Source: Phaeosaccion multiseriatum (taxonomy: Eukaryota > Protista > Ochrophyta, other classes). Taken from it: DNA of 64,000 nt. Every line of letters starts with the position of its first letter. The stretch's first letter is position 1. Shown in pieces: positions 50,649-61,806 of this stretch. A program made the position numbers and the translations under genes. The notes under the pieces are model-generated. The model made no database searches. It worked only from the letters and a program-made list of their open reading frames with translations, and was not told where the DNA came from. Where the stretch lies: assembly GCA_965112735.1 (NCBI GenBank), contig OZ218956.1, positions 1 to 64,000 of the forward strand, written 5' to 3'.

Positions 50649-51900
50649 ATGAGCTGCCCCAACAGCCCCATGTATGTGAGCCTCTCTTTAAGCATGCTCT
50701 TCTCCTCTTAACGTGGCGCTCCCCTTCCTTCCTCCTCCCAACACTCTGCTCTCCCGCTCAAACTTCTTCAATCTCCTGGCCCCGTCCCCTCCCTTCTGTG
50801 TGTGTGTGTGGTACGACAGGGTGGAAGTCGGGATGCAAGACGGAGAAGAGGTGGCCAATGCCTTGAGGCTTCTCGCTTTCGCTGCTTCACTCAGCATTCT
50901 TTCGCGTTTCGACCGTGATTTCGTCAAGAGCTCCCCGCTTCTGTACTTTAATTGGTTCAGGTGTGGTGTGTTGCTCCTGCTCCGTCTCTCTCAAAGTTTG
51001 ACGCCTTCTCATTGAACTCTGCCTCATCCCCTCTTTGTACCCAGTAATTTGCTGTACCCAAGCGTGCAACTGATAATGTCACTCATGGTGCTCAATTGCT
51101 GGAGCGGGAACAACGTCAAGCCTTTCATCTACTTCCTCAAGTTCGTGGAGATTATGGCCGCGTCGCTCATCCCCTTGAGTAGTCTGTCCATCTTCATCAA
51201 CCTCTGGCGAGTTATCAAGAACTTCAAAGACAAAGAATCAGTGATGGCCGTCATTCCGAATAAGGTACGGCACTGATTGGCACTCAGTGTAGTGAGGCGA
51301 CGTCCCCTCCTCTTCTGTCCCTGACGCGTATCGTCCCGTCGCTCGCTCACCGTGCTCCCTTTCGGTTGACTCCGCAGCCGACCATCATCGCTTCCCTCGT
51401 GCTGTCCTTCGCCCTGTCTCTCGCGAGCTCTGTATACTGGAACATCTTGCTGATGACAGGGGGCTATTTCTGGACGTGGTCCACGGGTGATCCTTCGGAG
51501 GGCCGCTGGATCAACATCTCCTTCACCCTCATAGGTCAGTGAAGCGCGACTCGGAGCTATGTAGGCCTTTCTTGCTTCTTCACCTCTTGCGCTGCCGTGT
51601 TTGTTGCTGGCTGCCACCCGTCCGATTTGACGTTTGACCCACCGTCTTGCTTGTTTCCCGTGGCTCCCGTGCCCCCTGCCCCGTCCCAGGCACGGTCACT
51701 GCTCCCATCATGATTGCCCTCTCCCTACACCTGCTCCTCTTTATGCGCGAGGCCTTTCTGCGCTGTGTCAAGGCTACGCCCGTGCTGCTCACATACACAG
51801 TTCTGTGCATGGTGGCCACCGTCGTCACCACCTTTTCAGGTGGGTGGATGCCCATCCGCGCCCCTCGTGTGCTCGCCTTTGTCCTCTCCACTGAAAGGCG

Positions 51901-51932
<32 letters not shown>

Positions 51933-52254
51933 TACACACCACTTTCCCGCTTGGTCACGCATGCCCCCCGCAGGGATCGGCTCCATCGTAGACGAAGTGC
52001 TCCAGACGGACGCCTCCCGCAAACTCGTTCTCATTAGCTGGTGCGTGCGCTACATACAGATCGTCTTGGATGTGTGTGTGCTCGAGTGGTCAGTGAAGCG
52101 CAAGGAGAGCTTGGCGAGGGAAGGCATGGCATTACAGTCCCAGGCACTGGTCTCCAAGACTCAGAGCAAGCCCCCCACCAAGTTCGCTTTCGGTGGGATC
52201 AAGAAGGAGGGCTTCGGCAAAGGTTCGGTGGTGCCGGAGACCCCCGAGGCATGA
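50649..52254 (+). CDS. Orphan seven-transmembrane (GPCR-like topology) protein
   Basis: Six exons (50649-50671, 50820-50960, 51045-51264, 51378-51534, 51690-51839, 51973-52254) join in frame. Seven hydrophobic segments, a short N-terminus and a basic cytoplasmic tail. Confidence 0.7.
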
Positions 52255-52622
52255 CGGGAGGGGGGAGGGGCAATGGAAGCGACGCTTCGCTTTCGAGGGG
52301 GGGACAAGTGTACGTAGCTGTGCGCAATGGATCGGGCTGGAGGGTTAGGGTTAGAGGCCACCTTTGTTCTATCATGAATCGGCGCACAGCGCGTTGCCTT
52401 AAGAACGACGGGACAAGCAACAGCACGATTCGGGGGGGGGGGGTGGGCGGCTCAGGGGGGGGCATGCATACTCAGTTTAAGCGTTGGCTTAGAAGAGACT
52501 CCACAAACCCGGTGGGTCGATGCACCCCTCAGGCCAGCCCACTACCCTGGTCTAGGGCCGCCTGCCGATGTGGTGGGAGTGCGTGAGTATAGGAGCGGAT
52601 GAGTGGGTGAGTGACTGAGAGT

Positions 52623-52975
52623 GTCGAACCCTGACGCACTATCCGCTATCCGCTATCGCCGGCGCCAGCCGGCTTTGGGGGGGGGGGGGCGTGCTATCCG
52701 CTATCGCCGGCGCCAGCCGATCGGCTATCCGCTATCGGGCCCCGGGGGGCCGGATAGCGCGCTATCGAGAATGTGGGCGATATTATCTGATTACTGATTA
52801 TGGCCGGCGGGCCGGCCTGATTACTGATTATGGCGCCAGCCCGAGGAAATGGCCGGCGTCAGCCGGCCTGGTTGCTGATTACAGCCGGTGACCAGCCGGC
52901 CTGATTACTCCGACAGCCGGGGGCTGATTACTGATTACGGCCGGCGCACATCGTAGTCTTGTCCAGGGTCGATCC
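52623..52975. mobile_element. Putative non-autonomous (MITE-like) element or protein-binding repeat module
   Basis: Imperfect inverted ends (GTCGAACCCTGAC ... GTCCAGGGTCGAT), about 8 CTATC repeats on the left, about 8 CTGATTA repeats on the right and many GCCGGC palindromes. The left 21 bp recur at 61428-61448. No clear target-site duplication. Confidence 0.4.
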
Positions 52976-53718
52976 ATGAGTAAGGTAGTGAGCGAGCGAG
53001 CGTCCTTGGGTGTGAGTGTGCCTAGGCCAGCAGTTGTACTCTATGCTCAGCGTATCCTTCGAAGTAGAAGATACAGCACACCTGCCCGCAACGCTCTTCG
53101 CCTCGAGGGTCGGACTAAGTCGGACTCGGAGTGGAAGATTAGATGTAGGCCTTATCCTTTTTAATAAACTGGAGAGGGAGAAAGCTGTGACCTAGCAGTG
53201 AAACTAGTGTGAAGGGGGGAGGGAGGGAAGGGAGGGGAAGAAGTCGTGGGTAGGAGAGGTTTACCCACGATCGAGATCTGAGAAGGCTCAGCCTTGAGGT
53301 GCCTCCTGAACCAAAGGGCCACTTCGATTTCCTTCCTTGATTTACACGACTCGGTCGACCACTCCCAAGGCAGGTAGCGGGACGGCAGGTGGAGCAAGAG
53401 TGCCATCTATGGTTGTCTAAAAGTAACTTCTCACCGCCCCGGGGAACTTAGTCCCCGAGGTCGTATCCCTCCGACTCGTCAGTTCTCCATCGGAACAAAG
53501 TTGATACCAGCCAGGAACCTGTGTCGAAGCGATCGTTCGTGTCGGGCCCGCTGGAGCGCTACGGCCAATCGCCGCCGAATGCATCCATCGACATCCACCC
53601 ATTCGTATCACCAACACTGGTACTCACAGATGGGTATTCTTATAGCAACGCACGCCTAGATATAGGGAGAGAAAAGGGTGTGCAGGTGTGAAGCCCGTTC
53701 TATGGGAAGGACACAGAG

Positions 53719-54946
53719 ATGACGGCAGTGTCGCACCACCCCAGCTCTTCTCTGGAGGACACGCAGGACCTGGTGCTGGGCCTCGTGTTTCTGCTCCTGG
53801 CACTTGGCGCCGGGCGTCGCCTGTGGATGAGCGGCTGGAGGAGCGGGCTGGACACCGTGACCACCTTCTACACGCTCATCTTCTCGGCCGCGGTGCTCCG
53901 GGCCGTGTGGCTGCTGCTCCCCTCCTCGCTACTTCAGCCCAGCTACGCGCCCGAGTCTGTGCAGGCGTTCCGTGGGCACTGGCTTGGCACCTTCCTGTCC
54001 GCCGTGCTGCTCAGCGCCGGCAGCTTGGCCGTGTTCTCCGTGTTCATCCACATCGTGGTGAACTGGTCCAACCTGCTGCGCACGGTGTTCAAGGACTCAC
54101 TGGCCGGATCGGGCCCCCTGCGCAGCTTTCTCCTCATCCTCGCGCTGCTCGTGGCGCTGGAGGGCGGCATCGTGGTCCTGTTCCTGCTCGGCGTGTACAG
54201 CAGCGATGGCATGATCCTGCTCAACAGCGTGCTTCTCACCGTCGTGAGTCTCGTGTGCTGCGTAGAGATTAGCGTGTTCAGCCACCGCTTCCGCAACGTG
54301 CTGCAGAGCTTCGGGGCCATCAACCAGGTCTCCACCGAGTCGCAGGCAAGTTCAGCGAGCAAGTGTCAAGGACGGGTCTCGAACAAGGAGCTGCGTGCTT
54401 TCTGTGAGGGTGTCCATCTACCATATCATTGTCTGTCCTGACATGTTTTCTTTTTGCGCTTTGCCCTCTCCCCTCCCTCCCTTCCTGCGAGCAGATGCGC
54501 CTCATCGTGTGGATCACCACCACCGGCAACATCTTCTTCGTGGTCCGCGCCAGCTGTGAGATGGTGGTGGGGGGCATCCTCTTTTCCTACTGGAGACGTG
54601 AGTTCGACAGAGGCAGGGGAGAGACAAGAAGTGTCCAAAGTCCTCACCCCCCCCCCCTGCCTGTCCTGCCCCCTCCCTCCCCTCAGAGCACCAGTCGCTG
54701 AAGGTAGTGTTTGACACGCGACTCTGGGACGCCTACATTGCGCTGGTGCACAGCGCAGAGGCGGCGGTGCTCTTCCTCATGCTGTGGATGCCCGAGCTGA
54801 GGCAACAGCCCGACCCCGACCAGCAGCAGCGGCAGGAGTACGCACCCATCCGGCAGGGCAGCGGGGGCGGGGCTGAGAGCGGCTATTCCTACTACGGCAG
54901 CAGCTATGGGGACGACGAGGAAGCCATTCGGGTGGCCGCCCGGTGA
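53719..54946 (+). CDS. Multi-pass membrane protein, TOM1/THH1 (DUF1084/GPR137)-like
   Basis: About 7 hydrophobic segments (FYTLIFSAAVLRAVWLLL, LAVFSVFIHIVVNWSNLL, MRLIVWITTTGNIFFVVRA). Three exons; the first intron is probably GC-AG (54346-54494). Family assignment is from recalled motif pattern only. Confidence 0.7.
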
Positions 54947-55672
54947 GACATGGAGAGTGAGGGGCGGGGGCGCTGTAAGAGCAGTGTGCAGTGAGGGCTG
55001 ACTCCACAGATGTGGCGACCCTCCTCGCACCACCAATGGCGCCGCCGCTGGCCCACAGAGGAGCAGATGAGCATCTTTGGCTGTCTTGTGCTCCTCTGCT
55101 CCTCTATCTGTACACGTGTACGACTCCGTAGAGAAACGGATGGAGCTGCTGAGAGGGGCTTGGCAAGTGCCGTGTTGGCTACTGCGCTCACTCCTGCCGA
55201 TGGCGAGTCATCAGTGAATCAGTGAGCAGAGCTTGGCTGGCCTGGCTGAGTACGCATTGGTCAAGGGCCCGGCTGACATAGGGTGTGGAGCTCTTCTCGC
55301 TAGAGACTCGCGGCGAGGCGCACTGCCTCTCGACAGCATGGACAGCATGGACAGCAGAGGTCGACAGAGGGGGAGAGGAGAGCCGAGCACGGCCCAGTCC
55401 AGTAGCAAAGCTGGGGCTGGGGCTAGGCACAGCCAGACAATGAAGACGAGTAAGAAGCTTGCTGTGAAGGCGAAGCGATGGCTCACGGTGGATATGTACA
55501 TACAATATTTTCCATAAAGGATTATCTAGTTCACTAGTTGGCTAGTTGGGAGTCTCCGACGACGGATTACTCTTAGGTCGCTCCCTTTGGCCTTCCCTCC
55601 TCCCTCCCTCCCTCTCTCTCTTACATATTGACTTAGCGGTGGAGGTTATCCCTACTGCGGACCGAAAAGGCA

Positions 55673-58600
55673 ATGGTGCAGGAGAAGATCCCTGCGGCCG
55701 GTGAGTTGCGAGGTTGGGCGGGCTGAAGACCAACTGTAGTGAAGGAGGCGCCTCTGGGCGAGAGGGGAGCCTGGACTACGGGGCGTGATACAAGCCTCAG
55801 TCTTTCGCCTCTCTCTTGCTCAAGTCCTTCCTCCTTGCAACCTCCCCTTCCCCTCTGTCTCATGTTCCCTTTATCACAATCCCCTCCTCTTGCTTGTGCA
55901 TGTGTTTATTTGCTTGCCATGCAGGAGAGGTGGTGCAGTCCAAGTCCCCGGCAGAGTTCTTCGCGGAGAACCAAAATATCGCAGGTTTCGACAATGTGAG
56001 TCGCTTTCACCCCCCCTCGGCACTCAGGCACAGCTTCTTCTGCTTCTTCTTCTCTCATACCCTCCTCATGCATGCTCTGTCTCGCCCTCTCTTTGCCTCT
56101 TTCAGCCGGGGAAGTCACTGTACACGACCATCAGAGAACTCGTCGAGAACAGGTGCGACGTTCGGAGAGGAGAGAGTCGAGGTTGGAGGGGGGTTGGGGG
56201 GGGGGGTGGTGGTTGGGTGAGGTGCGCCCCCTTCATCCTTGCTTCCACCGTGTCTCAATAGATACATGAATGAACGCACATCAGACAGAGAGACTTCCCC
56301 CATGTCCCTCGCTGAGCTGGGAGCCCCTTTTGCCCTTACCCTCGTCATAACTGTGCACTGTGCCCTCAGCCTGGACGCGGCTGAGGCGATTGGCGTGCTG
56401 CCGGATGTGGCGCTCAAGATCGAAGAGTTCACGGAGAAGCAGTTCAACGATCTCCGGGGGATGGACCACAGGTGAGAAAAAAGACATGAGGAGCGCAGTG
56501 ATGATCGCACACATGCTTTGGCATGCCCTGACCCACTCACTCACTTTTTTACATTGTGTTGCTTTCGCTCGGTCCCTTGCCTTGGGCCGCTCCACTCACA
56601 CCAGGGAGGTTGTCGATGAGGAACTGTTCCTCGACGCAGCGGGCCGCAAGAAGAACAAGAACAAGAACAAGAACAAGAAGGAGGCAGACACGGCGGCATC
56701 AGTAGAAGGCGGGGGAGGGAAGGGGGGTGATGATGATGGCGAGGGCGGCGGGGCCGGGGCGGGGGCGGGGGCGAAGAAGAAGGGCGCAGGGCGCAAAGCG
56801 GAGACGTTCTACTACCGCGTGACTTGCCGCGACAACGGGTCGGGCATGCAGCACACCAAGGTGAGCAAGTCAGTGATGAGGATACAGGCAGGTAGGCAGG
56901 TAGGCAGGGAGGCAGGCAGGTAGGCAGGCACGTACGCAGGCAGGTAGGCAGGCAGGTAGGCAGGCAGGCAGGCAAAGCTGTCCGGACGGGTGGCTGTCCG
57001 ACTTTTCGGGAGGAGGGGGTGGAGAGGGAGCAGGAGTTTGGCTTTCGCTATCATGCGTGAGTGCGTGCGTACGTGCGTGTGTGTACGTGTGTGCGTGCAT
57101 GCGTGTATGTGTGTGTGGAGGGTTCCAAGTCGCTCGCAAACAACCCCACCCCCCCCCCGCGACTGGATGGCACTGGATGGCACTGGACGGCAGGTTCCGA
57201 ACATGCTGGGGCGCGTGCTGTCTTCGAGCAAGTACGGCGTGCGTCAGACGAGGGGCAAATTCGGGCTGGGAGCCAAGATGGCCCTCATCTGGAGCAAGAA
57301 GAGCACAGGTGAGTGAGGGGAGGGGAGAGGGGAGAGGGGAGAGGGGAGAGGACAGCGGGGGACGGGAGGGAGAAAGAAGGGAGGGAGGGACTCCAGATTG
57401 GCTTGTTGTTGTATGTAGCGCCATTTCGATTCTGCTCAAACAAGCAACGCTCTCTCTCTCTCAAGGCATGCCCATCGAAGTCCGCACAGCGCTGAGCTTG
57501 GACCCGCTCGTGGCGCCGTCCTTCGTGACGAAGTGCGTGCTCGACATTGACATTTACAAGAACGAGCCGCGAGTGCATGAGCTCAGCAAGCAGCCCAATT
57601 CCGAGGGGTGGCGCGGCACGGAGGTGGTGGTGTGCGTGGGCGGCAAGTGGTCTGCGTACAGGCCGCGCATCTTGCAGTACCTCCAGCAGCTCGCAGTCAT
57701 CACGCCGTACTGCCACATGAGCCTCTTGTTCCAGAAGGTGAAGAAGGAGGGAGGCAGGAAGGAAGGAAGGAAGTGTGGGTGCTTCAATGGAATTCAGGCA
57801 TTAAGAGCGACGAGAGGAGGGAGAGGACAGACGGCACGGGAGAGGGGAGGGAGGAGAGGAGAGAGGGAGCGAACGAGTCTGCCTCGCCCAGCACCAAGTG
57901 AGTATGTATGTTCCGTAAGGGTTCATAACTCGGCCCCTCTCTCTCTCTCGTGTGTGTGTGTGCCAGGTGGGGTCAGGCGCAGCGGACTTGGAGCTGGACT
58001 ACGCAAGGAGGAGCGAGCAAATGCCCCCGCTTGCTAGGGAGGTGAGTAGTGGGAGGGGGGGGATGTGCCGGGTCTCTGCTCCTCGTGTTTCTTCTTTCTC
58101 TTCCCCGCTCTCTCTTTCTCTTTCTTCCCTTCCTTCTCTCTCCTTCTTCTCTCTCTCTCCCTCTCCCCCCATCTCTCTCTCCCTCCCTCCCTCCCTCTTT
58201 CGCTCTCCCTCCTGTCTCTCTTTGTCTGTCTCCCTCCATGTGTGTCTCTGTCTCCCCCCCCCTCTCTGTCTCAAAATCCCCCCCCCCCCCCCCCTCCAGG
58301 TAAAGCACCACCCCTCTTCCGTCAACAATCTGCTGATGCAGCAGCTCTTGGACCGGACCGAGCACGACACCTTGCTGGACTTCCTCTGCTATGACCTATC
58401 TTGCGTAGGTACGATAGGCGGGTAGGCGGGCAGCAGGTAGATAGAGCAGGTAGGCCCAATTCCCCAAGTGTCCTTTGGATGACTCACTGTGTGTTGCTGC
58501 GCCCCCCCCTGTGCACGCTGCTCCAGAGCGAGCTGTGGCAAGTCGCATCATCGCAGAGCTCGGGAAGGGCTTCTCCGACACGCTTGAGCCCCAGGCACTC

Positions 58601-58875
58601 AGCACCAAGAACGTCAACAGGCTCACTCAGATGCTCAGGTGGGTGCACGGGGAGGGAGGAGGGGAGGGCTGCGTCGGTTTCAGTCCATGGACCTCGATCA
58701 AAATCGATCAAAATCGATCAAAATCGATCAAAATCGATCCATATCGATGCCGATACAGCTGCAGAGCTTTAGGCCAGTGCTCACGTGTTGGTGCTCCAGT
58801 CACGCCTCGGGTGTGCCGGGCCTCTTTGTGGGGCCTCTCCTCCCCTCCTGTCGTGGCCTGCATCCTGACGCGCTT

Positions 58876-58921
<46 letters not shown>

Positions 58922-60572
58922 GCTTCGTGCCTGGGCATGAACGGGATGGGGCCTCGCACGCACAGAGACGTGAGCATGTTCAAGCCGCCGGACGGGCTGT
59001 GTCTGAGCCCCGCAGGAGAGTACAACCTCAGGCTGGGCATCGTCAAGGAGACAGGCCCCAACTACGTGGCCACGGCGAGCGAGAAACCCTCCGTGTGCGA
59101 CGGGCACCCCTTCATCGTGGAGGCGGTAAGGCTCAAGGGAGGGACGGAGACGCACAGGCACACAAAACTGACACTGGACACTGGAGGAGGGCAGTGTCGT
59201 GGTGGGAGGAGGTCAAAGCCAAGAGTGATACATACGTATTAGGTGTAAGTAAGGGTTAACCCCCCCTAAGCCTAACCTTAACCCCTACCCTATCCCTGTG
59301 CAGGGCATCTCCCTGGGGGGCGCGGAGGTGAAGGAGGGCATCAGCGTGCATCGCTTCGCAAACCGCATCCCCCTCCTCTTCGAAGCCGGGGCCGACGTGG
59401 CCACGAGGGTGGCGGCTCGTCTCGCGTGGGCCTCGTACAAGATTGACAGCAAGAGGGACCGGATAGGCGTGTTCGTCAGCATCGTCAGCACCAAGATACC
59501 CTTCAAGGGCACCGGCAAGGTGTGTAAGGGGAAAAGCGAAGGGAAGGCGTGCCAGGGGGTGGAAGAGAAAGGGGTGCCGGGAGGGGACAAGAGAAAGAGC
59601 GGCAGCGGACGAAGGAAAGGCTAATTAATGGGTGTCAGACGGCAAGGGAAGGGGTGCGCTTTTCCCGCCCTGTTCTGCAGGCCCAAGTCCTGCGTCCATG
59701 CCCCAACTCACTCCTCCTGTGTCTCTATACCCTATCCCCTGGCCCTTGACCTTGGCATTGAAAGGAGTACATCGGAGACGATGTGGAGGAGATTCAGCGG
59801 GCCGTCAAGCGCGCCATGCAGGTGCGTAAAGTACAGATAGTGTAAGGGCTAGCAAGTAAGCCTCTTTTCGTATGGCGTGTGTGAATGGGTACCCAATGAC
59901 CGTGTGTGTGGGTCTCCAATGATTGTGGGTGTGGGGGTCTCAAAGGCGTCTGTGAGGGGAGGCATGCATGTGCTGTGCTGTGCTGTGTGCACATCTATCT
60001 CTGTGTCTCATTCCTTACCACGCCGACCCGCGCACGCACGCACGCACGCGCATGACCCGCCCCACATCCCACCCCATCAGAGCTGCTGCCAACAGCTCAA
60101 GGTGCAGCTGCTGAAGCGAAACGCCATCCGGGAGGGCAAGGAGCGCAAGCGAATGCTCGTCAGGTAAGTAAGCTCCAGCCCCTCACCAAGCATGTCGCTG
60201 TGTTCCATGTTGATGTATCGGCCAACACTGAAACTGTCACTGGTGCTCGCTCGGCAGGTACATTCCGGACGTGAGCAGGGCACTGTTCGGCATCCTCACG
60301 GCCATGCAGCGCCAGGCAGAGGAGAGGGAAGGGGAGGGGGGGGAGGGGAAGGGGGGCGGGGGGGCGGGCAGCAGCGCCAAGCGGGGCAAGAGGGGGCGGG
60401 GGGGCTGGGACGAGGCGTCCCTGGAGCTGCTCTCAGACGCGCAGCAGGGCAAGCTCACCACCAAGCTGCTGCACGAGAGGCTGGCAGAGACCGTGGACCG
60501 GGTAAGTGGGGAGGGGGTGTTGCGGAGAGAAGAGAAGCGAAGGCAGGCCCTCGCGCAGCGCTGCTCCTCCTT

Positions 60573-60622
<50 letters not shown>

Positions 60623-61324
60623 GTTCTGTCTTGCGCTCTTCTCTCACCACTACTCTCTCTCCTCTTTCCCCTCCCTCCCTCTGGCGTTGCCCCGCCCCTT
60701 TCCATGCCTCCCCAGCACGACGCCACAGCCCTGGAGGAAGAGAAGCAGGCCCTGGGGAGGGGCAGCATGGCACGGCACGCCCTCGCACTCAGGCCGCTCA
60801 GCAGCAGCAGCCTGAGAAGGAAGGGCCTGCTCTGCCTCCCCCTCTACGGCTCCAACAGCGCGCAAGGGAAGCCGTCGAGGGGGGGAGGGGGCGGCGCGGG
60901 TAAGGCAAAGAGACCGCGACAGGGCGAAGGGCTGCATCCCTCACCGGACAGGGACGGGGACGGGGACGGGGACGGAGCAGCAGGTGGGGAAGGGGGGGGG
61001 CACGAGAGGGCAGCGGCGGGGGGCGGAGGAAAGGCCGAGTTCAGTCTGCGACTGCTGAAGTCGGCCATGGTGCAGCCGTGTGCAGAGGCCGAGCTCATCA
61101 TGGCACGGCACTTCGACGGGGTGGGGGGGGGCGGAGGTGGAAAGGTGAGGGACGAGCGAGGCTTCGACTTCGCGACGGGGGGCGGGGCAGGCAGCAGCGA
61201 CGACGAAGACGGCTTGGGCCTGGGGGATGACGATGACATCGATGGCGACTACTCGCACTCCAACCGGCCCGGAGGATCAGTGGACCTCACCGACGCCGAG
61301 GACGACGTCATCATGCTCGAGTGA
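55673..61324 (+). CDS. TOP6B: DNA topoisomerase VI subunit B
   Basis: Motifs [37 protein letters not shown] (GHKL N-box), CRDNGSGM, KYGVRQTRGKFGLGAKMALIWSK, HRFANRIPLLFE and VSTKIPFKGTGKEYI. About 16 exons with GT-AG introns in frame. Confidence 0.96.
58696..58738. repeat. 10-bp tandem repeat (CGATCAAAAT) x4 in a TOP6B intron
   Basis: Directly visible. Confidence 0.85.
60574..60618. repeat. (TAC)n microsatellite in a TOP6B intron
   Basis: About 15 perfect TAC units after the donor at 60502. Confidence 0.9.
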
Positions 61325-61806
61325 CGCGCGTGGAATCGTCAGAAAGAGCAGGATGGATGGATAGACCCTGACAAGGTTCTGAGGCGAGCCAAGTAGTACA
61401 AGGTACCTGCTGGAACCTGTCGCTAGGGTCGAACCCTGACGCACTATCGGTTAGGATCAGGGGTAGATTGTCGGTGGGCCGAATCTCACACGTCAATCCG
61501 CTGAGAGTAACAAGTTTCCAGTTGCCTCTCGTTATTCGAACATTATTTAGCCAGCTTGAGCTTGTTGTCTAGTTGGACCGGTGACATACCATCTGTCCCG
61601 AGTGCATCAGTGCACCACGCGTCAGGGTCACATACGCATGTAGTCTGAAACGACCGGGCTCCAAGGATGTAACGGATTGTAACTGTACAATAACCAACGA
61701 TAACCGAAGCCTTCTCAAAAAAAAGCGAACAAAAAGGCTAAGCTTTGTTCTCACCCTTGCGCGGTTGGCTGGCCCAGCTGTCTGTCACCTGGAGCCCATT
61801 TAGACA

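Noticed and set aside
53460-53482. Hammerhead ribozyme on the minus strand (CUGACGA-GUCG..CGAC)
   Set aside because: Stem II could form, but the obligatory GAAA after it is absent (CUCG instead) and stems I/III are not evident.
20607-61324. Functional cluster of chromatin/nuclear genes (RCC1-BTB, DEK, BAZ-like, BRCT-knuckle, TOP6B)
   Set aside because: They are interspersed with unrelated plastid and membrane genes. Such genes are common and there is no evidence of co-regulation.
12516-61324. Alternative genetic code or widespread non-canonical introns
   Set aside because: All conserved genes translate with the standard code and end in TAA/TAG/TGA. Introns are GT-AG except for one probable GC-AG.
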